A program made the translations under genes and the position numbers. Below the pieces are notes generated by a model, which saw only the letters and a program-made list of their open reading frames with translations, ran no database searches and was not told the DNA's origin. Below are positions 61,644-64,000 of a DNA stretch of 64,000 nt, piece after piece. The stretch's first letter is position 1, and each line of letters begins with the position of its first letter. Source of the stretch: Antedon mediterranea (taxonomy: Eukaryota; Animalia; Echinodermata); contig NC_092673.1 of NCBI RefSeq assembly GCF_964355755.1, positions 29,819,648-29,883,647 on the forward strand, in the 5' to 3' direction.

Positions 61644-63551
61644 TTACTTTTTGCGACTGGCAACAGCGGCCACGAGGGCAGCGCCCTTACCACTACCATC
61701 TTCAGATAACATAAAATTCACTTTCTTTTTTGGAGCTAATTTTTCAGCATAGAGAACCATATGATCATGGAACTTAGGATGTTTCTTGTACAACGAACCA
61801 TCTGTTCCTACGGTGACTTCATCCCTGTTCATTTGATTGGCTACTGTGGCTACACCGGCTGCAGCCAGTTTAGCAGCACGAGACGAGACGGCCTGGCATA
61901 CTAAGTTCGCAATCTGTAAATCTTGGTGGTTAGGTTTCAAATCCAGGCCTCTGAGTATTTCGTCTACTTTTGTTAAACTTTCACTTGTATCACTAAGAAA
62001 CAAATAATATATTGTTAAATAGCCGTAGAATGAATAAATTGGGGAAAGATTTAGATAGCATAATTTAGATACAAAGTCACATGGGGCTACAAAAATGTCC
62101 GAGTTGAATATATTACTGAAATAACCAAAAAATAAAAAGCATCATCAAAAAACATCAAAACAAACAAAATCCAACATACGCTTCTATTTCTGACAGGAAT
62201 CTTGTTTCAAATTTCCAAGGCTCTTTGATTGTATCTGACAAGCCGCCTCTAAAGACCATCTTATGGTCCGCTAGTTTCAGCAGCGCTTGCCGTGTTATCT
62301 CACCAAGGTACATTCCTGATATCATCTTCTCATACCTTTTGAAAGAAAATTGATCATTACTAAATCCAATTTTAAGCATGTAAAACTATGATTCTCAACT
62401 TTATATACATATATATATATATATAAACTAAACATATATACTATATATATTTATTTTTTTCCTGTTTTGTCATTCATTTTTTGTGTTTGTATCGTTCCTG
62501 TTCTTAAAGTGTTGAGGGCTCCATCGGCTGTTATGATGAGTCACCCTCATTAAACAAAGTTTAATAAAAATAAATAAGTCTGCGTAAATTATTATTATCT
62601 GGGTATTTTTGTTTAACAAGAAGGTTGACTTTGGAGAGACACATGAACTAGCCTCAAAGTTCCAGGATTCCAGATCTAGCTAATAATTTGGACCTAATTC
62701 TGGCAATACTTAAACTGAATTGTAAACGTACAATTGTTTCCCTTTGTTTGGTGTCAATTTGTCCATTTCTTTATCAAAGTCAGTTCGTATATCATCTAGA
62801 ACGCCATCGTCTCCAAACGCACCCCACTCCATATTGATGATTACCTGTCGCGGTTCCTTGTCATCGCCATCCCATAATTCAACATTGTCAAGGTTTTCCA
62901 TATAACACGCATTAGTACCAGTACCTACGATAATATATCATTTTTAATACAAAAGAACTTTTTCATAACCAGTCTGGGTTTCCGAAAAAGAAATAATTTG
63001 GAAAGATAAACTGTATTGCCATTTGATAAATTAAAAAGGATGATGTAAAGTCGACACATCTCAAACTTTCTTACATGCTAGTCCAATTTCTTATCATTGT
63101 TGAGTTGAGTGGCCGAGTGGTTATGGCGCTACAAACCATTGTAGCCTTAAAATTGACCATAGTTCTGGTGGTTATATATATAAGTATATTCTCAGAATTT
63201 AAACTGGAGGCATTGTACACATCTGGCTTGTGTGTGTATTTTAAAGAACCCAGTGCATCTTTCGGAAAAGTCGTGTACTGGTCCATTGCAGACACTGTAA
63301 TTTTTGGCAGGCGCACGCTACACTGTGGCTGATGTGGGATCATTGAGGGCCTAATCCAAATTTCCACAATGTTGAGTATGAATAACATAATAAAACAAAC
63401 AAAATTACACCATATCACTCTCTATAAATAAATAACTGTAAATTCACTAACCCAAAATCAATCCAATGTAGCAATTGGGGTTTGTGTAAGCACATGACAT
63501 TAATGTTCCAACAGTGTCATTCACAACTGCAACAATATCCAACTCCACATT
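61644..63551 (-). CDS. HK: Hexokinase copy B, last four exons (63452-63551, 62732-62924, 62180-62335, 61644-61992); 5' exons lie beyond the window
   Basis: Same exon sizes as copy A (100/193/156/349); [34 protein letters not shown]. Confidence 0.92.
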
Positions 63552-64000
63552 CTACAATAAAGAAAAAGAGCTATTGAAGCAGATACTAAAAGCACATATG
63601 GATCTCGGTAAAATATTGCAGTAAGTAATTGCATTGTAGTAAGTGTTATTAATTGGATAATGGCAGGTTGTGTTAGGTGAATTAACACAGCTTGGTAAAT
63701 AAAAGTAAAAATTGCACACTACAAGGAACAACAACATTAACCTTTCAGTCATTTTTTAGTATCTATGTAGATAACACTTTAATTGCATAATCGGAACTCG
63801 CTTCAACCACAGGAAGCACAATCTAACAACAGGGCACTGAGCTTGCCTTGCCAAGATAGGAACTTGTAACAGTCCTTTGATATATGTCTGGCTGCAACAA
63901 ATACCAACGGTACTGTACTATGTACATACGGTGCGTGCAGTGTACAGTATGTTAAGGGGTGTGGAACTGATCGTGTCGCAGCCACAGATCAACCCTTTGA

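Overview
AT-rich, intron-rich animal genomic DNA; the repeat content suggests a marine invertebrate, possibly an echinoderm (inference only). (1) A complete DOCK-A subfamily Rac GEF gene (DOCK1/DOCK180-like) lies on the minus strand. I reconstructed 46 coding exons by hand (52453 to 1430, about 1828 aa, all splice phases consistent), including a U12-type intron and a candidate 9-nt microexon. (2) An orphan 495-aa ORF with 7-aa repeats and an upstream RFX X-box sits just upstream of DOCK. (3) Two tandem single-domain hexokinase paralogs follow; the complete copy has an in-frame TGA in its first exon. The introns hold a young Penelope-like retroelement (RT + GIY-YIG, inverted pseudo-LTR, TSD), several hammerhead-ribozyme motifs, a 48-bp minisatellite grown out of a hammerhead-bearing repeat, tandem arrays that amplify the gene's own splice donors, nested non-autonomous DNA transposons, MITEs and SINEs. 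All calls were made by eye without database searches.
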